Source: Malacoraja senta (Eukaryota). Taken from it: DNA of 64,000 nt. Every line of letters begins with the position of its first letter. The stretch's first letter is position 1. The notes beneath the pieces are model-generated. The model ran no database searches and was not told the origin of the DNA. It worked only from the letters and a program-made list of their open reading frames with translations. The position numbers and the translations under genes are program-made. Shown here one piece after another: positions 1-14,160 of this stretch. Location: assembly GCA_038087875.1 (NCBI GenBank), contig CM075992.1, positions 9,364,001-9,428,000 on the forward strand, read 5' to 3'.

Positions 1-390
1 AATTGCCAACAACCCACTTTTTCTTGGGAGGTTTTGATCTGCGGCTCTGTTCTGATGCAAATATTTCCAAGATTTTTTGTTATTTAAGATTGTCAGTGTC
101 TGAAGTATTTTGCGGACAGTCTGTTTATACATCCATCTGTTAACAATTATGAAGTAAAAGTTTGTAACTCTGGAGTTAAATTGGACATTTGGGAGAAATC
201 CTTTCCTGCAGGGATGAGTGTTTAAAGGTTTCAACTGATTTAATTTCTTTTCCGGGCTAGTCCTCGATCAATTAGCAATATCCTGTTGTGCTGTAATGTG
301 GTTGAATAATTGTTTATCGGTCTTGTGTTTTTAAAAAAAAAACCCAACCCTAGCGATGAATAAGGATAACGGTTTACTGTTAAATTCTAG

Positions 391-485
391 GCCCTGACAT
401 CTGTGGCCCGGGAACAAAGAAAGTCCATGTCATTTTCAACTACAAAGGAAAGAATCACTTGATATCCAAGGATGTTCGTTGCAAG
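391..485 (+). CDS. CALR: Calreticulin exon 4 (lectin/N domain)
   Basis: ag|GC CCT GAC ATC TGT GGC...TGC AAG|gtgagt; translates (G)PDICGPGTKKVHVIFNYKGKNHLISKDVRCK, the calreticulin signature; 95 bp. Confidence 0.97.
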
Positions 486-701
486 GTGAGTAGTGTTCTG
501 CTCGGAGGAGTGATCAAAGTTGTGGTTTAATATTGGGCATTAGGTCTCATCAAAACTGGGGAAATAAACTATGTCCCTATACATATCTCCCATTCTTTTA
601 TGTTAGCTTTGGGGCTTTTCAGGGATTGTGGTGTGAAGATTTTTGTTTGTTGATTTGGTTAGTGTGTGTAAAAGCATCTCCTGTAGTATCACTTGCACTC
701 A

Positions 702-982
702 GTTTAGACTTTGGAGATACAGCGTGGAAACGGGCCCTTTGGCCCATTGAGTCTGTGCTGATCAGTGATCACCCTGTACGCTAGCACTATCCTGCACACT
801 GGGGACGATTTACAATTTTACAGAAGCCAATTCACGTACAAACCTAACGTCTTTAGAGTGGTGGAGACCGGAACACCTGGAGAAAACACAGCGAGAATGT
901 ACAAACCCCGTACAGACAGCACCCGTAGTCAGGATCGAACTGGGTCTCTGCTGCTGTAAGGCAGCAACCCGACTGCCACAGT
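702..982 (-). mobile_element. HE1-like V-SINE
   Basis: Reverse complement of tRNA-like head, V-domain (ggtttgtacattctc..gtgttttctccagg) and CR1-type tail (aagggcccgtttcc). Confidence 0.8.
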
Positions 983-1215
983 CTTGGAACATTTCTGTAC
1001 AGATGCTAGAACAAATTAAATTGGGAGATACTTAGTGGCAGAAGTAAAATTAACTGTTGCAGGTTGATTACTTAACTTGCACACTACTTTGGGTGGTTGT
1101 TGTAGTAATAATTGAAGAGTTCTGGTTACAGTGTCCAGATGAAGTGATGCAGTTTAGTGCTGCAGCATTGCATGTGCTCAAGGCCAGCTGAAGCATCTTT
1201 CCTTCATTTTTCTAG

Positions 1216-1425
1216 GATGATGAATTCACACATCTGTATACCCTTATCGTCCGTCCTGACAATACATACGAAGTAAAAATTGACAACCAGAAAGTTGAAT
1301 CGGGTAGCTTGGAAGAAGACTGGGATTTCCTGCCACCAAAGACTATTAAAGATCCAGATGCCAAGAAACCAGATGACTGGGATGAGCGTGCAAAGATTGA
1401 TGATCCCGAGGATGTAAAACCTGAG
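1216..1425 (+). CDS. CALR: Calreticulin exon 5
   Basis: ag|[70 protein letters not shown]|gt; 210 bp, phase 0. Confidence 0.97.
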
Positions 1426-1516
1426 GTGACTGGGGCTGTTGCGGTAATGGCGTGGTTGCGTATTTAGATGGTGATTTCCTTCGTGGTCTCTTTACCTTCT
1501 GTTTTTCCCCCATCAG

Positions 1517-1630
1517 GACTGGGATAAGCCAGAGCATATTCCTGACCCTGATGCCAAGAAACCTGAAGATTGGGATGATGAGATGGATGGGGAATGGGAG
1601 CCACCTATGATTCAGAACCCCGAGTACAAG
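1517..1630 (+). CDS. CALR: Calreticulin exon 6 (P domain)
   Basis: ag|[38 protein letters not shown]|gt; 114 bp after a 91-bp intron. Confidence 0.97.
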
Positions 1631-3736
1631 GTAGCCCTTGACTTTGCTTTTCTTACGGCATCAGCTTGCCTGTTCTGTATCAATGTATTGTTTGATATCT
1701 CATCCATGGAGCATCTCAGTGGGTCAGGCACCATCCCTGGAGTACGGTACTGAGAATGTGCTGCATGAATGCCAGCCTAGATTCAAGATCAAATTTCCAC
1801 TCTTACCCTGAAGGGTAGACCACAATGGTGGAGAAACTCAGTGAGACAGGCAGCATCTCTGGAGAGAAGGAAAGGGTGACGTTTTGGGGCGAGACCCTTC
1901 TTCAGACGTCTCAACCCAAAAGTCACCTATTCCTTCTCTCCAGAGTTGCCTGTCCCGCTGAGTTACTCCACCATTTTGTGTCTCTCTTTGGTTTAAACCA
2001 CCATATGCAGTACCTTCGTACACATTCCATTCCCCCACTGGTCCTCCTTCCTATGTTCTTCGTGGGACCCGGCCCAAAGGTACCTACTCAGTGACTCTAA
2101 CCTCGGACTGCTGCAGTTCTCCCCAATTCTGTTTATGGTACCCGACCCCCTGCTTTGTAGAGGACTTGGACCTTCAACTGCTGCGGTTCTGGCGGGACTT
2201 TGTTCCTTAATGGGGCTGCCAAACCTCCATCACAATCACTATTCTCTCTTTGCTATGCTATCCTCCCTCCCTCACTTTGGCAACCAATTTGATGGCATAC
2301 TTCAACTGCTCCACACAGGAAGAAATTTGCATTCCATATGAACTGACATGGAGACTCGGGACTGACCAGTCGCTGGGGCTCACTTTGTTTTCCTGTAGAG
2401 CAAAGCTAAAGGTTAGCTTTCCCAGCAGATCCTCCAAGAAGTGTCGCCAATCCACTGGGCTCTTGACAACTTGCATTCAGACACGTACTATCCTAAAAGT
2501 TTCAACTTTTATACAGATTAATGGAAATATTGCGCAATTTAATTCCTTATTACCAATCACAATATATGTTCTTAAGCATTAATATCTAATAAAAACGACA
2601 TGCTATTCTATCTTCTATTTGCATCTAATCTTAACAAAGATAACACTATGCTGTACGGATATAGCTAGCTGTACATTAAAGAATGACTCTAACCTTGTGC
2701 TGTGCGTCAAAGGATGTCCAAAGGTCCAAAGGCTCTGGACATCTTAAATTTGTCATACTGGTACTTCACTTGCCTGGTGGGGAGTGTCGGTGGAAATTGG
2801 GTTGGCATTTCAGGCAAACATTCCTTGTCTAAGTTGTAGATCAACCAAAATAGTGATGCCAACAGTTTGTCACTGTTTTGGAGATATCCTTTGTTCTATT
2901 TTTCTTCCCCCTCTATCCTCAACACTTGGTTTCTCTCTCCCAGTTCTGAAGTGCCTTGGCAATGTTAAGTGTATCTCTTCTCACTGATGCTGCCTGACGT
3001 GCATTTTCTATTGAGATGTACAAGACCAGAGTTGTGCTTGTTTGTCAAGTTTCCTGATGTCGTGATTTGGAATTAATTCTGAGTTTCAAGTTGAAGCATG
3101 TTTGCTGAATAGTATTTTCATTAGGAAACAAGAATTGTCTAGGCTGTAACCTTAGTTGCTGTGGGTCGGTTTCATTATGGCATGAGTAGAAATGGCTGGT
3201 TGCTACAATCAATCTTGTCTCTCAATTTCTCACTTGTGGACAAATGAGATATCAAATGTGTGTAGTCTGATGAGTGCCCCTTGTGCACATAAAGACCCTT
3301 CAATGATGCCAAGTTAGCTGATTGTTGATTTAAAGAGCAGCTCTTAAGTTCCCTGTAATTCCCTTTTTGTTACGTGACAGACGCTACCTGATCTCTCCAA
3401 CATATGGAGATGCATGGCAATTGTCAGTGTTCACATTCTGTCTATGAAATGTAGCTAAGAAATTTTAAAATTACTGTTAGATGCCAAACTTAAATTGGGC
3501 TTATCATTGGCACTTAATGTCAAGCTTGCAACCATTTTTGTCACAGTTGAGTGCTGAGCTTGATTTTCTTAGATTCAGCTTGACTGTAAATCAGTCGGTA
3601 ATGTATATTTCTCTATTCTAGCTGACTGCAGGTTCAATGACAGTTTTATGGTAAACAATAGTCATTCCAATTCTAGCTTCACACAGCCCGTGTGGATGCT
3701 GATCGTCGGTCAGGGACAGGCCGTGTGAGTCATTGG

Positions 3737-4136
3737 GTCATAAGTGATAGAAGCAGAATTAGGCCATTCAGCCCATCAAGTCTCCTCTACCATTTAATCA
3801 GGGCTGATCTAACTTTCCATATAACTCCATTCTCCTGCCTTCTCCTCATAACCTCTGACACCCGTACTAATCAAGAATCTATCTACCTCGGCCTCAAATA
3901 TATACACTGACTGTCTCCACAGCCTTTTGTGGCAAATAATTCCACAGATTCACCACCCTCTGACTAAAGAAATTCCTCCATCTTCCTAAAAGAACGTCCT
4001 TTAATTCTGAGGCTAGTCCTAGACTCTCCCACTAGTGGAAACATCCTCTCCGCATCCACTCTATCCAAGCCTTTTACTGTTATGTTTCAATGAGGTCCCC
4101 CCCTCATTCTTCTATACTCCAGCGAGTGCAGGTCCT
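3737..4136 (-). mobile_element. CR1/HER1 LINE 3' fragment
   Basis: Same RT C-terminal and 3' UTR sequence as the other CR1 copies in the window. Confidence 0.8.
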
Positions 4137-4363
4137 GTGCCGACAAACGTCCTGGCAGTCTGTCAAGGGCACCCCGTTAAGAACAGAGGAACCCAGCGTG
4201 AGGGGCTGCAGCAAACAAAGGGGGACTGGCAGGGGGGCAAGAATGAAGAGGGACCATTGGATATTGAATACTTTTAGTAACTTTGTTGGCGCCCTATACT
4301 AAACTCTTTGCATACTTGTGTACTGTACAGAATCTCACTGTACCAAGTACATGTGACAATAAA

Positions 4364-6889
4364 CAGTGCCATCCATAGTGTTTGGGACATAGACCCATCA
4401 TTTATTTATTTGCCTCTGTACTCCACAATTTGAGATTTGTAATATTTAAAAAAATCACATGTGCACATTGTCAAATTTTATTAAAGTCTATTTTTATACA
4501 TTTTTGTTTCACCATGTGGAAATTACAGCTTTGTTTATACATAGTTCCCTCCCCCCCCCCCCCCCCCATTTCAGGGCACCATAATGTTTGGGACACATGG
4601 CTTCACAGGTGTTTGTAATTGCTCAGGTCTATTTAATTGCCTCCTTAATGCAGGTATAAGAGAACTCTCAGTCTTTCCATCACCTTTGGAAACTTTTATT
4701 GCTGTTTATCAACATGAGGACCAAAGTTGTGCCAATGAAAGTCAAAGAAGCCATTATAATAATAATAATAATACATTTTATTTATGGGTGCCTTTCAAAA
4801 GTCTCAAGGGCACCGTACAAAGTTTAACATGTAAGTGGAATGAAATAAATATTAAAGACATCACGAGTACACAAATTAAAGCCAGAAATTCAATCCAAAA
4901 ACAAAAATCAAAGACACACTATGGAAGAGAGAGCAGCGGCTGCTAAAGCGCGCCAGCGTCCACTCTCCCCTCAGACCACCATCTTGGACATAGACTAACA
5001 TAGACACTACACATTACACACAAAATCATCCCCCCCACAATGATTACCACTGTGGGGGAAGGCACAATGTCCAGTCCCCAACCCCAGTTCAACCCAAAGT
5101 CAGGCCTATTGAGGCCTCCACAGTTGCCTCTACGGAGGCCCGATGTTCCTGGCCGTTCTCACCGGGTGTTGCCCCAGCGTCGGGAGAGTCCTCGCAGCGG
5201 CTGGGACGGCTGGAATGGCCGGTTTCCTACCGGAATACGTGGCACCAGAAGCCAACAAGGCCGCGCCGATTTGGAGCTCCGAGGCTCCCGATGTTGAAGT
5301 CGGCGCCGCGTCCCGCAGCCCGGAGGTGTTGAGCTCGGCGGTCGCAGCTCCAGCGCGGCGACCCAGGCAAGGCTTCGCCCGCTCTGCGATGGCGCTCCAG
5401 CGCTGTGCCGCCACCGAAGCTGAAGGTGCTGGGCAGTCCCCGCCAGGAAACGCCTGCTGGTAGGCCGCAAGGATGGGTCGGCGGGGCAGCCCGGAGAAAA
5501 AGCTGCCTCACCGACCAGGTAGGGACTTAGAAAATAGTTTCCCCCTTACCCCCCCACATTAAAAGTCAAGATTCCCCCAAAAACAAAGACTAAGAAAAAC
5601 TAAAAAATTAAGTAAAAAGTGAAATTAACGGACGGCTGCTGGTTAGCAGCCGTTCACCAAGATGGCTCCTCTTGAGACTGAAACAAGAATAAAACTGTTA
5701 GAGACATCAGCCAAACCTTAGGCTTACCAAAATCAACTGTTTGGAACATCATTAAGAAGAAAGAGCGCTGGTGAGCTTACTAATCACAAAAGGACTGGCA
5801 GGCCAAGGAAGACCTCCACAGCTGATGACAGAAGAATTCTCTCTATAATAAAGAAAAATGCCCAAACACCTGTCCGACAGATCAGAAACATTCTTCAGGA
5901 GTCAGGTGTGGATTTGTCAATGACCACTGTCTGCAGAAGACTTCATGAACAGAAATACAGAGGCGACATTGCAAGATGCAAACCACTGGTTAGCTGCAAA
6001 AATAGGATGGCTAGGTTACAGTTTGCCAAGAAGTACTTAAAAGAGCAACCACAGTTCTGGAAAAAGGTCTTGTGGACAGAGGAGATGAAGAGTAACTTAT
6101 ATCAGAGTGTTGGCAAGAGCAAAGTATGGAGGAGAGAAGGAACTGCCCAAGATCCAAAGCATACCACCGCATCTGTGAAACACGGTGGTGGGGGTATTAT
6201 GGCCTGGGCATGTATGGCTCACTTATCTTCATTGATGATACAACTGCTGATGGTGGTAGCATAAAGAATTCTGAAGGGTATAGACACATCCTATCTGCTC
6301 AAGTTCAAACAAATGCCTCAAAACTCATTGGCTGGCGGTTCGTTCTACAGCAAGACAATAATCCCAAACATACTGCTAAAGCAACAAAGGAGGTTTTCAA
6401 AGCTAAAAAATGGTAAATTCTTGAGTGGCCAAGTCAATCACCCGATCTGAACCCAACTGAGCATTCCTTTTATATGCTGAAGAGAAAACTGAAGGTTTAG
6501 CCCCAAAACAAGCATAAGTTAAAGATGGCTGCAATACAGGCCTGGCAGAGCATCACCAGAGAAGACACGCAGCAACTGATGGTCCATGAATCGGTCTTCA
6601 AACAGTCATTGCATGCAAAGGATGTGCAGCAAAATATTAAACATGACTACTTTCATTTACATGACATTGCTGTGTCCCAAACATTATGGGTGCCCTGAAA
6701 TAGGGGGACAATGTATGAGCACTCTTGTAAGTTTCTACATGGTGAATCCAAAATGGCCTTTATTAAAATCTGACCGTGCACTTTAACCACATGTGATTTT
6801 TGTTTTTCTATTACAAATATCAAATTGTGGAGTACAAAGGCAAATAAATAAATGATGGGCCTTTGTCCCAAAGATTATGGAGGGCACTG
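4364..6889 (+). mobile_element. Tc1/mariner transposon (IR/DR type), decayed, interrupted by an insertion
   Basis: ~220-bp TIRs CAGTGCC...GGCACTG|TA with internal direct repeats (tgtttgggaca); transposase starts MRTKVVPMKVKEAI at 4714, resumes ~5673 (TVRDISQTLGLPKSTVWNIIKK; VKHGGG; QQDNNPKH; WPSQSPDLNP), frameshifted. Confidence 0.92.
4756..5671 (-). mobile_element. GC-rich non-autonomous retro-element, copy 1 (L2-like tail, (TAT)n end)
   Basis: Splits the Tc1 ORF; shares ordered motifs with 43419-44277, 61744-62623 and 19773-20010. Confidence 0.75.
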
Positions 6890-7066
6890 TAGAATCAATC
6901 AACACTTAGAATGCACATGATTCCTACCCTCTAGCAGGAAGAATTATAATTCAGATGAAAATTAATTGGAATCTGGGTTTATAGTTTGTATTGCTCTCTG
7001 GATGCTGCCTGACCCAATCTTAAGAGCATTAATTTGTTACTAATGTGATTTTATTATTTTCACCAG

Positions 7067-7210
7067 GGTGAATGGAAACCAGCACAGATTGATAATCCAG
7101 ATTACAAAGGAAAATGGATTCATCCTGAAATTGATAATCCAGAGTATACACCAGACTCTGACCTGTACAGTTACAAAGATATTTCTGTGATTGGCCTGGA
7201 TTTGTGGCAG
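7067..7210 (+). CDS. CALR: Calreticulin exon 7
   Basis: ag|GEWKPAQIDNPDYKGKWIHPEIDNPEYTPDSDLYSYKDISVIGLDLWQ|gt; 144 bp. Confidence 0.97.
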
Positions 7211-8144
7211 GTTAGTGCAATGCTTGTTCCACAATAGAGGGCTACAGATATCTGCCCAAAGAATTTGACTTGATATCTAAATTCCATTTTAGTTTTGCAC
7301 GCATTGAAGGTCTATTGTGTAATGCAGATACTGAGTCTATTTTCACGTTTGCTTTCCATGTTTTGAAGTGAAGCTTGGGGCCAAAGGATTGGAAATTCCC
7401 AATCTTGGTCTTCCTACCTCATTATTAGCAATATATTAGTTTGGTTTAGAGAGAGCATTAGTCCACGACGACCGGTGATCCTGTACACTATCCTACACAC
7501 TAGGAACAATAAAACTACAAACCTGCATGTCTTTGGTGTATAAGTGGAGAAAACTCCCACGGTCACAGGGAGGATCGTAGTCGGGATTGTACCCGGGTCT
7601 CTGGCGCTTTAAGGCAGCAACTCACTCGCTGTGCCGCCTCTCAACTTCCATCCTGCTATGTATTTTAAACCATGGCTGGCAGCAATTTGTATTTCAATCT
7701 ACAATTCACATACTGCAGTAACAGAAAGCAGTCTTCCACCAAATTTGATTCTGCATGCATTTCGGGTAGTGCTTTAATTTGTAGAGTCGGTGATGTTTAT
7801 TTGGGAAATTTGGCATGTTTATTTGGGAAAATTAAGTTTCTTGGTTCAAATTTCTTCCATCGTTCATTCAAAGTCAAATATTAAAATGTATTCAGAATCT
7901 TAGTAACTCAACTTTCCACTGGCTGTAGTTCAATTAAACATTACATTTTTGTTATTTGAAATTGGCATCAGGATCAAAGATGCATGTAGCTGGACATCAA
8001 ACTGCCACAAGCACCGAGAGTTGTATTTTCACCTTGTTTCGCTGCCTTGTGGTTTATGGGCCAGCTACTTTGTATCTGGAGTTGGTACCTTGATTTTGTT
8101 CAACATTTTGTCATAACCACACAATGTATACTTTAACTTTTCAG

Positions 8145-8237
8145 GTTAAATCTGGAACAATATTTGATAACTTCTTGATCACAGATGATGAAAAATATGC
8201 TGAGAAGGTTGGAAAGGACACCTGGGGAAACGCCAAA
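8145..8237 (+). CDS. CALR: Calreticulin exon 8
   Basis: ag|VKSGTIFDNFLITDDEKYAEKVGKDTWGNAK|gtaaga; 93 bp. Confidence 0.96.
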
Positions 8238-9109
8238 GTAAGAAGCAACTTGTCTCTGCAGAAAGGGAAAGCAGTGTTTAAAAATATTGTATGAAATATT
8301 TCTAGCATGCAGAAATTGTTGACTTTCTGACTTTTCCCAATTGGACTGGTTCGAGAATTGAAGCTGCCCACTCTAGGAACAAAAGGCTGATAAAACTAAC
8401 CCGAGTGCATTGTAGTTGGGGAAATGCATGCATAACTGTTGACAATTCAATTATCTTGTAGCCCATTTTTGGGGTGGGGAGAATGGGTGGAAAGTCCTAG
8501 AGCTATACAGCGTGGAAACAGCCCTTCAGCACTAGTTCCTAACCAATCTAGTCCCACTTGCCTGCATCTGGACCATATCCCTCCAAACCTTTTCTAACCG
8601 TGTACCCATGCAGGTTCCAGCTTATCTTTTTTGCACTCTTTGTTTTAATGGCATCCTATAGCAGGGCAGCCACGATTGTATATAGTGCTCCATTTGTGAG
8701 CCATGAAGTGTGCCTTTACTACAAAGGGTTGTGTTTTCCTATGTTGGTTTAGATTCACAATGATTCCGGTTAAATAGATTTTATGTATACCGCATGTTCA
8801 ATGTTGGATTTGTCAAATGCTTGTGTACTTGCTGGGGCTGATCCCAAATGTGTTTAATTTCAAGTCCTTGTTCTCTATATTTAATTATCTTATGGAATTG
8901 GGGTTCCTTACATTTAGTTTTATTCTGGCACAATAGGTTGTAAGTTTACTGTGCCACTGACTTAGTGAGAAATTTGCCAGCAACTTCCCAATAGATTAAA
9001 ATGATTTACCCAGGCAAAATTCAATAATGAAAAGACTACTATTTGGGGATATTCCTGTCTCGACTGCTGTTTTATGTGCGAGAGACAATTGATTACTTGT
9101 TGTCCGCAG

Positions 9110-9313
9110 GATCCTGAAAAGAAAATGAAGGAGCAACAGGATGAAGAGGAGAGGAAGAAACGCGAGGAAGAGGAAAAGAAGGATAAGGTGGACGATGAAG
9201 GTGATGAAGATGAGGAAGAGGAAGATGATGATAAGGAAGAAGAAAAGGAGGAGGAAGAGGAAGAGGAGGAGGAGGAAGAAGAAACAGAAGCTGTTCCTAA
9301 AGATGAGTTGTAA
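9110..9313 (+). CDS. CALR: Calreticulin exon 9, coding part (acidic Ca-binding C domain, KDEL)
   Basis: ag|DPEKKMKEQQDEEERKKREEEE...EAVPKDEL-TAA; ER retention signal before the stop. Confidence 0.97.
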   Translation, partial: DPEKKMKEQQDEEERKKREEEEKKDKVDDEGDEDEEEEDDDKEEEKEEEEEEEEEEEETEAVPKDEL

Positions 9314-10384
9314 AGAATGTAGTATACTGTTGGGAGATGAAATGGCAGCAGGGCAATGTACAGAGAACCTTTACACAAGCAATTGGGACCCCTTATTGGA
9401 ATGTGCTCTTTTCATTTTTGTTTACAAAAGGTTACAAAAGTGTGGCTTGGGTTCTTTTAGTTTGGGCTTGGAAGCAAGGGCCAGTTTATTTCCTGTTTAA
9501 AACAAAATGCATCCACAGAAGGGACTAATCTAGAAATTGAGTACTAAATTACTGACGTTTTTGCCTTCAACGTGGGTTGGGGGAAGCAGCAGTTCCAATG
9601 TGAATGTGGAACTAGAGATTGTTTTGCACAATGACGACATCCACTTGACTGCAATGAAGTAGCCACATTTTAAGTCTGGAAATCAACTGAGCGGCATTTA
9701 TCAATACAGGCTTCATCAATATTTTTTTGACTGGGGATTTTCACTTTGGTTTTCGAATGTGTCAACCCCTCAGTAAAATGTTTTGCAGTCATTTCAGGCT
9801 TGGTAGGGTTTCCATGCTGCTGATTTAACTTGTTTCTATGTGTCTTGTACACTGAAGAGTGTATTTAAGCCTGTCTGAAATTTTGCAGTTGATGCCTGTT
9901 GATTTTCCAGCACGCACTGGTTCAGATTTATTCAACCACTTGATTCTTTAAACGATTAAATCTGGTGGTGGGTATTTTGCATTCAATGGGAATGATCTGA
10001 ATTAAATTAGAACATTTTCACTTCCATGGGTTTACCATTAACGGGCTTCAACTGTAAGTGTAATTGTACAACTGCCTTTGCTCATTCATTTGGAGAACAA
10101 TTAGGTCTTGCAGGACTGCACAGATTAAATAATGTTTTGGCTCTTTCCAAATCCAGGGTCTACTTTGTATTTTGCATTCTTTATATAGGGGTTTCAAGAG
10201 GAGGAGGAAAATCTTTAGTTCCAAAAAATACAAAACAAAACTTAATTTCTGTACAGACCAAGACTAAAGTTTGTCATTTTAATCTGTTATTTAAATGTTG
10301 TAAATTGGTGATTTAATCGATGACCGTGTTTTTGGAAAACTTAAGTTCTGTGTGCAATACAGATACGTTTGATCACATTTCTAC

Positions 10385-10390
10385 AATAAA
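10385..10390 (+). terminator. Probable CALR polyadenylation signal
   Basis: AATAAA at the end of a ~1.07-kb 3' UTR with no repeat that I recognise, followed by GT/T-rich sequence (gagttttgtggatttcttgttcgttcttgt). Confidence 0.7.
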
Positions 10391-11169
10391 TACCAAATGG
10401 AAGTGATGAGTTTTGTGGATTTCTTGTTCGTTCTTGTCTGAGGCAAATGTTGGAGATGTCTCCATTTGAAGATAGACACAAAATGCTGGAGTAACTCAGC
10501 ACGACAGGCAGCATCCCTGGAGAGAAGGAATGGGTGACATTTTCATACTGCTACACATCACAGATGCTGTCTCTTGACAGATGATGCACTGAGCTGTGTT
10601 CCCTGTGAGATGCCTATATTTTGGAAGAATTGAACATTTGTTTCTAGGTTCATGGTGAATATTTGCACCTTGTTTAGCACTTGCAAAATCTGGTTATAGT
10701 CCCACTGGACACATTAATCGTGTACAATAGTCAGTTGAAACGTTTAAACTCGTAATACCATAGTAGCCCGTGAGTTTACCATAGTGACTCGTGAGTAACT
10801 CGTGTGTTTGGCCTGAGTGCCAGAAGTGAAATGTTGAAGATTAGTCATCTCGGGAGAACTTGGGTAGGTGATGTTTCGGGTCGGGACCCTTCTTCAAACT
10901 TTAGACCCTTCTTTCACCCGAAACATCACCTGTCCATGTTCTCGACAGATACTGCCTGACACGTTGAGTTACTCCAGCACTTATTTTTTTCTCGTAAACC
11001 AGCTTCTGTAATTCCTTGTGTTCCAAAATTTAATGCTTTATAAATCTCCAGAGATGCTGCCTGTCCTGCGGTTCCCACGCAATGTGACATCTACCGTGCA
11101 TACATTGCCAACTGTTTTGGCAGCAGCATAATCTTCCGGTTAGTACACTCAGTGTTGCTGAGGCCTAAT

Positions 11170-12260
11170 TTATGTAGAGACAAGAAACTGCAGATGCTGG
11201 AATCATGATCATAAAACACACACAAAGTGTTGGAGGAGTAACTCAGCGGGACAGGCAGCATCAGCTGAGGGAATGGGCAGACGCTCGAAAAGAAGGGATC
11301 CGAAACGTTGCCTATCCATTCCTTCCACAGATGCTGCCTGACCCGCTGGTTTACTTTGACACTTCGTGAGTTCATATCATACGAGCAGAATTAGGCCATT
11401 TGGCCCATCGAGTTGCTCCAACACTTTGTGTTTCGCTCAACATGCAAGCATCTGTGGTCCCCCATGTCTCCATTTGATAGCTGGAAGAACTCAGCGGGTC
11501 ATGGAGTCTGAAGATGGACCCCGACCCAAACCCTCGCCTGCCCGTTTCCTTCCACCGATTTCATGTAGTCACTTTTTGATAAAACCTCACCGCCCGTTAT
11601 TCCAAGTCCATTTAATTCCGCGTGTCTCAATTTCATTCATTAAGTCGCCGGTACTGTCACATCGTTCGTTTACAGTCAATACAACGGAACAGTCTGAAGA
11701 AGGGCGACGATAGACACAAAGCTGGAGTAACTCAGCAGGACAGGCAGCATCTCTGGAGAGAAGGAATGGGTGATGTTTTGGGTTGAGACTCTTTGACAGA
11801 CGTATGGGAAACGAGAGATATAGATGTATTGTAGAGAGATAAAGATCAATGAATGCAAAAAAGTAACGATGATAAAGGAAACAGACCATTGTTTGTTGGG
11901 TGAAAACGAGAAGCTGGTATGACTTGGGTGGAGGAGGGATAGACAGGGAATGCCGGGGTTACTTGAAGTGAGAGAAATCAATATACCACTGGGCTGTAAG
12001 CTGCCCAAGCGAAATATGAAATGCTGTTCCTCCAATTTGCATTTAGCCTCACTCTGACTGGAGGAGACCTTGGACAGAAAGGTCAGTGTGGGAATGGGAA
12101 GTGTGTGGCAACCGGGAGATCAGGTAGCAACCGGGAGAGTCGCGATCCGAAACGTCACCCATTCCTTCTCTCCAGAGATGCTGTTTGACCCTCTGAGTTA
12201 CTTCAGCTTTTGGTGTCTTATCGTCGGGGTAAACCAGCATCTGCAGTTCCTTCCTACACA
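11170..12260. mobile_element. Cluster of Penelope-like terminal-repeat fragments in both orientations
   Basis: EEQHFIFRLGSLQPSG GIY-YIG C-terminus on - strand; repeated gagatgctgcctgtcc/ctgagttactccagc units. Confidence 0.8.
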
Positions 12261-13691
12261 ACAGAACAGTACGAGGAGCGGTTAATGTTAGAGGCTGCTC
12301 ACTAACCTCACTACGTTTACATCGTCCTCTCCAGCAATGAATAAATATAATTTGGTTACTGTATTATTGACTACAACTGCCCGTTTAAAAGCAGTAATGA
12401 CTGCTCTTTAATTCTCAACCACTGGATATTTGCCTGGAAACATATTGCAAGTTTTCGTTCAGTGAGATAATTCAATTTTAATAGACTGTTAAATCCGGTG
12501 CCACTTCACAACAAACTAAACTACCTATAATTTAAATAGAGCATTTAGGAACGATAATCAAATTCCCAAGACTATTTCACATATATAATTGCCGCACCAC
12601 TTCACACCGAGTTGTCCGTGATGTTTAAAGGGGCTGGCATCTGCCCTGATCTGTTGTTCGGATAAAACACTTTGAAATAATTTGAAGTTTAGAAATTAAT
12701 CCTCGCTGCCTAATGTACACTTTGGGCTAAGATTTGATCCCTGCACAATGCAATGTAAACGGAATGGAATCTCTATTAACGTTCTGAGACTCTCTACATA
12801 ATGGAAGTGATCACATTCAGCCCTTCGAGCCAGCATTGCCATTCAATATGATCATGGCTGATCATCCAAAATCAGTACCCAGTTTCTGCTTTCTCCCCAT
12901 ATCCCTTGATTTCGTAACCCTAAGAAATGTTGAACATGGGAGGCTTTTTATAGTGTAAAAAAAAACTGCATGACATTTTTAACATGTGATGATTTTTCCA
13001 CATGTCGGTAGTCATTGTTGGCTCAAGAGTAACTCGGGAGAGGAACTTGGTACATCGCAGAAATGAGAAGTAAACGACAAACTTAGACATACACGTGGGA
13101 ACTCGTGAACATAAACTTGGTATCTCGTAGAAAACCACGAGTTTGATTTTTTCTTTCACTCGGGATTACTCGTGGGTGGACTCGCACCGTAAGACGGGGC
13201 CAATAGTGCGGAAACGGGCACTTCAGAAACTCATCCATGGCAACCAAGATGCCCGATCTAAACTAGTTCCATTTGCACATGTTTGGCCCACATCCCTCTG
13301 CATCTTTCCGATCCATATATCCATCCAAATGATAATTACATTTTGTACCTGCCCCAACTACTTCCTCTGGCAGTTCACTCCATATCCCCACCCTCCTGTG
13401 GGAAGTGTCTTGGGTTTCTCCTCTCACCACAAGCAAACCTATGTCCCCAACCCTGTGAAAAAGACAGCATTCATCCTGTTTATTCCCCACTGATTGTATA
13501 TGCCTAGTATTGCTACTTGGCCTCCTGTGCTGCAAGGAATAAAATCCTAGCCTGCCCAACCTTTCCCTGCAGCTTCTGACATCTTATGCACTCATTCCAG
13601 CTTAATGGCATTCTTCCTACAGCAACGTGTTCAAAACTCAACAAAGTGCTTCAAATGTAGCTCTGCTTGGTTACAAAATGACTGAAAACAC

Positions 13692-14160
13692 TGGGTGGCA
13701 CAGCAGTAGAGTTCCTGACTGCACAAGAGACCCCAGTTCATAGATACATAGATACATAGAAAATAGGTGCAGGAGTAGGCCATTCGGCCCTTCGAGCCTG
13801 CACCGCCATTCAATATGATCATGGCTGATCATCCAACTCAGTATCCCGTACCTGCCTTCTCTCCATACCCCCTGATCCCTTTAGCCACAAGGGCCACATC
13901 TAACTCCCTCTTAAATATAGCCAATGAACTGGCCTCAACTACCCTCTGTGGCAGAGAGTTCCAGAGATTCACCACGAGTTCAATCCTGTACAGAGTTTGT
14001 ACGTTCTCCATGTGACCACGTGGGTTTTCTGAGATCTGTTTCCTCCCACACTTGATTGGCTTGGAATAGGTACGAATTGCCCCCAGTATGTGTTAATGTG
14101 CAGGGATCATTTGTCGGTGTGGGCTGAAGGGCCTGTTACCACACTGTATAAACGAAACTA
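13692..14160 (+). mobile_element. HE1-like SINE interrupted by a young CR1 3' end (13741-13975, - strand)
   Basis: SINE head 13692-13740, body resumes at 13976; CR1 piece nearly identical to 38785-39013. Confidence 0.75.

Noticed and set aside
2085..2490. Moderately GC-rich block with short ORFs in CALR intron 6
   Set aside because: No recognisable protein, termini or second copy in the window; cannot classify.
4364..6889. Active or domesticated transposase in CALR intron 6
   Set aside because: Interrupted by a 0.9-kb insertion, frameshifts, stops and a damaged catalytic motif (WTEE).
8962..9500. Poly-Ser ORF (- strand) and Lys/Arg-rich ORF (+, alternative frame) over CALR exon 9
   Set aside because: Shadow frames of the (GAR)n acidic tail; no independent gene evidence.
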